DNA of 62,100 nucleotides, counting the filler, from Globobulimina sp. (taxonomy: Eukaryota), in NCBI GenBank assembly GCA_003354225.1. It is 26 parts of 26 records of this genome, joined end to end, with 100 filler letters (N's around TTAATTAATTAA, not from the genome) between each part and the next. Parts side by side here need not be neighbours in the genome. Positions count along the whole stretch, not along the records: positions 59,810 to 62,100 come from PIVH01007615.1; 25 more parts are not named here. One strand, written 5' to 3'. A model generated the notes under the pieces. The model saw nothing but the letters and a program-made list of their open reading frames with translations, ran no database searches and had not been told where the DNA came from. Below, piece by piece: positions 59,811 through 62,100 of this stretch. The position numbers were made by a program, and so were the translations under genes. The first letter of the stretch is position 1, and the number at the start of each line of letters is the position of its first letter.

Positions 59811-62100
59811 AGTCAACGACGATTTGGTCCTCCAGGACCCGGGTATGTTTGCCACACTAGTGGAGAAACGGGTCATTGGCGTCAAGGCTGTCCAAAGCAA
59901 CAAAATCAAAGTGAAGACGGTCCATCAACGAGTAAGTCACCATCAACGGGCAAACAACAACCATTATCGACATCACATGTTTTGGTAAGTTCAGCAATTG
60001 GCACTGTCAATGCACCAAGAAGAATGGACACAGAGGCTAAAAGGAGAGAGTTGGCCAATATTAAATGGGACATGCTTCCTGACGGTAAGTTAGGACCATT
60101 AACATATCAAGAGTATGTTTATCAGTTTGCAATAAAAACGAGTCAGTCATACCCACTTCGGGATTTTTATGTGTTCCCAGAGTTTTTGATTCCAGACGAT
60201 GACTGCCCTGATCAGGAGCTTAAATATGCATATGATAATTGGGTTCATTGCAGTCAACGGGAGGAACCGCAAGAATTCGATTGGGTAACACCTACTCTTG
60301 ATAGAACTCGAAAAAAAGCACATGACCGTTTATTGGCCAATCTACCAGAAAGCCGTGTAGAAGGGACTAGTACAGTAAATGAAGTAATCAAACCAATCGA
60401 TAATTTTGGGATATGCTTTGCCAGAATTACGGGCGAACCAGTGGGTGCCATAGGTAGTGTACGTACAGATGTTACAAATGACAATAATGATAATCGGTGT
60501 GTAACTATTAATAGTCATCCTGTATGGGTACCTAAACCTGTAGAACCCCAACTTCCTGTTAGGTCCCGAAACCGATCTGAATCTATTAGTTTGATTGAAG
60601 CCGCCAATACCGAAAGGGCGACTACTCAACTCGTGTCCCCTACACTTGAATTGCCCATTTTGCGTGCAAATCGATTGGACAGTGATACTGTAGAAGCGAC
60701 CGTATTGACTGCCATGCCTAAAGAGGAGGTAACAGACCCAAAATCAGTAATTGTGTTACAACCAATGGAAATGGCTCTCCATTTGCTTCGTGAACGCATT
60801 AAGATATGTCAATTAGCAGCGCTGGCCGACACAGGGTCTGTGCTTACTATTGCGCAAAGCTCTGTTTGCGAATTTGCGGGCATTTCATTAACTAAATTGC
60901 GCAAATGTCATCATCAAACAATGTCTGGTTTTGGTGGTAATATTAAAATTTTGGGTAAAGTTGTAATGTCTTTCGCCATTGGAGAACTGCAATTCGAACA
61001 AACAGTCCATGTAGTACCTGATGATCCAAGACTACCATTGCTTATTTTTGGAGTGGATTGGTTGGAACGTCACCAAGCTCAATTTGATTTTATAAAAGGT
61101 AATTTAGTTTTGTATGGTTATGAAATTCCTTTGGGTAAGCCTCGACAACAGTGTACATCAAAATGTTTTGCTGCCAGAGGAGGAGCTATGGGTGGATTAG
61201 ATCAAGAATCCAGTGAAGACGAGTCCGACCATCTATCACCAAAAGATGTGAATAATATCAAACGGATCAAGGAAGTAGCAAAGAACAGACATGGACGGAA
61301 GAAACAAATGGCAAAGAATACACAGACAGAACGTAATTTACAAGCAGATGCAGTACTACGTCGCCAATTAATGGAGACAGTAGCTTCCGTAACTGCAATT
61401 GCATTAGCATTACCTGGAAAATGGAGTCAATTTACCCCAGAATCAAGGGATTACTATCAACAAACATTGGCCACTATGCTCGAAGCAATGTCGGAAGCGG
61501 AGGTACCAATAGCTGGAGGTCGAGTCGTTGATATTGCAACGTTGTTGAGACATAACCGAAGACGTATAGCACCAGCAGCTGGAGTATCAACAGATAAAGA
61601 AACACCATCAGTACATACAGATGCAGCAACACCAAGAAGACGGTTGCTAGCTGATGTTGAAGATGGAGTTGAAGGACCAGTGACTGGAGCAGCAGCTTGG
61701 ACAGATGAAGATGAAGACACGGTTGGCAATACACTTGAAAATTTTATGGCGGAAATTATATCTGAAGAACAACGTCATACAGCACCACAACAAGTGCAAG
61801 GTGGATTATTTGGTGAAATAGAACAACGAAGGAACAGAAGAGAAGTCCTGATGCGACGGTATGTACAACGTCAAGCAGACCGTGAAGCCCAGGAAGCCGC
61901 TAGACGAAGAAATCTGGGGTACACTAGACGTAGTCATCATGCTACTCCTGGTGCAACATACACCTGTCACACTTGCGGCATTCCGGGTCACTGGCGCGAA
62001 AACTGCGAGGCTGTCGCCAGTCTTCCAGCACCAATCATCAGATTCCCATGTCGTCATGCCGTGGAGCAACACGGCTCCGCTACCAGAGCGGAGATATGCG
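59811..62100 (+). mobile_element. Retroelement-type gag-protease ORF, open at both ends (~760 aa, missing from the ORF track)
   Basis: My translation shows no stop across the contig. Degenerate knuckle CHTSGETGHWRQGC (59850-59891), retropepsin ALADTGS (60828)...LIFGVDWL, and a second knuckle CHTCGIPGHWRENC (61965-62006). Confidence 0.85.

Overview
This is eukaryotic DNA and not one continuous locus. It is 26 unrelated contigs of 2,291-2,294 bp, sorted by size and joined by an artificial 100-bp linker (44 N + TTAATTAATTAA + 44 N), so gene adjacency means something only within a contig. Most contigs are AT-rich and gene-dense with short (~57-90 bp) GT-AG introns and very short intergenic gaps. 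This fits a protist, and my inference from style alone is a foraminiferan/rhizarian. Recognisable genes include an amidase (disrupted), MFS and ZIP transporters, a thioredoxin-SPRING1-like fusion, a tandem MATH protein, ALIX/BRO1, an ankyrin protein, a SAM methyltransferase, an LRR protein, an S8 subtilisin, a PTS2-bearing citrate synthase, an ADP/ATP carrier, a STIMATE-like protein and PIG-S. Three contigs look metazoan (MITE/minisatellite DNA, a BEL/Pao retrotransposon, a gag-protease ORF) and one contig end looks bacterial. The best candidate for a new system is 34460-35647: an intact, putatively N-myristoylated protein fusing a TyrB10/GlnE7/HisF8 globin to an RGS domain, which may be a haem/O2-sensing regulator of G-protein signalling. 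It lies next to a toxin-like nucleotidyltransferase gene. All family calls come from motif recognition by eye; no searches were run.
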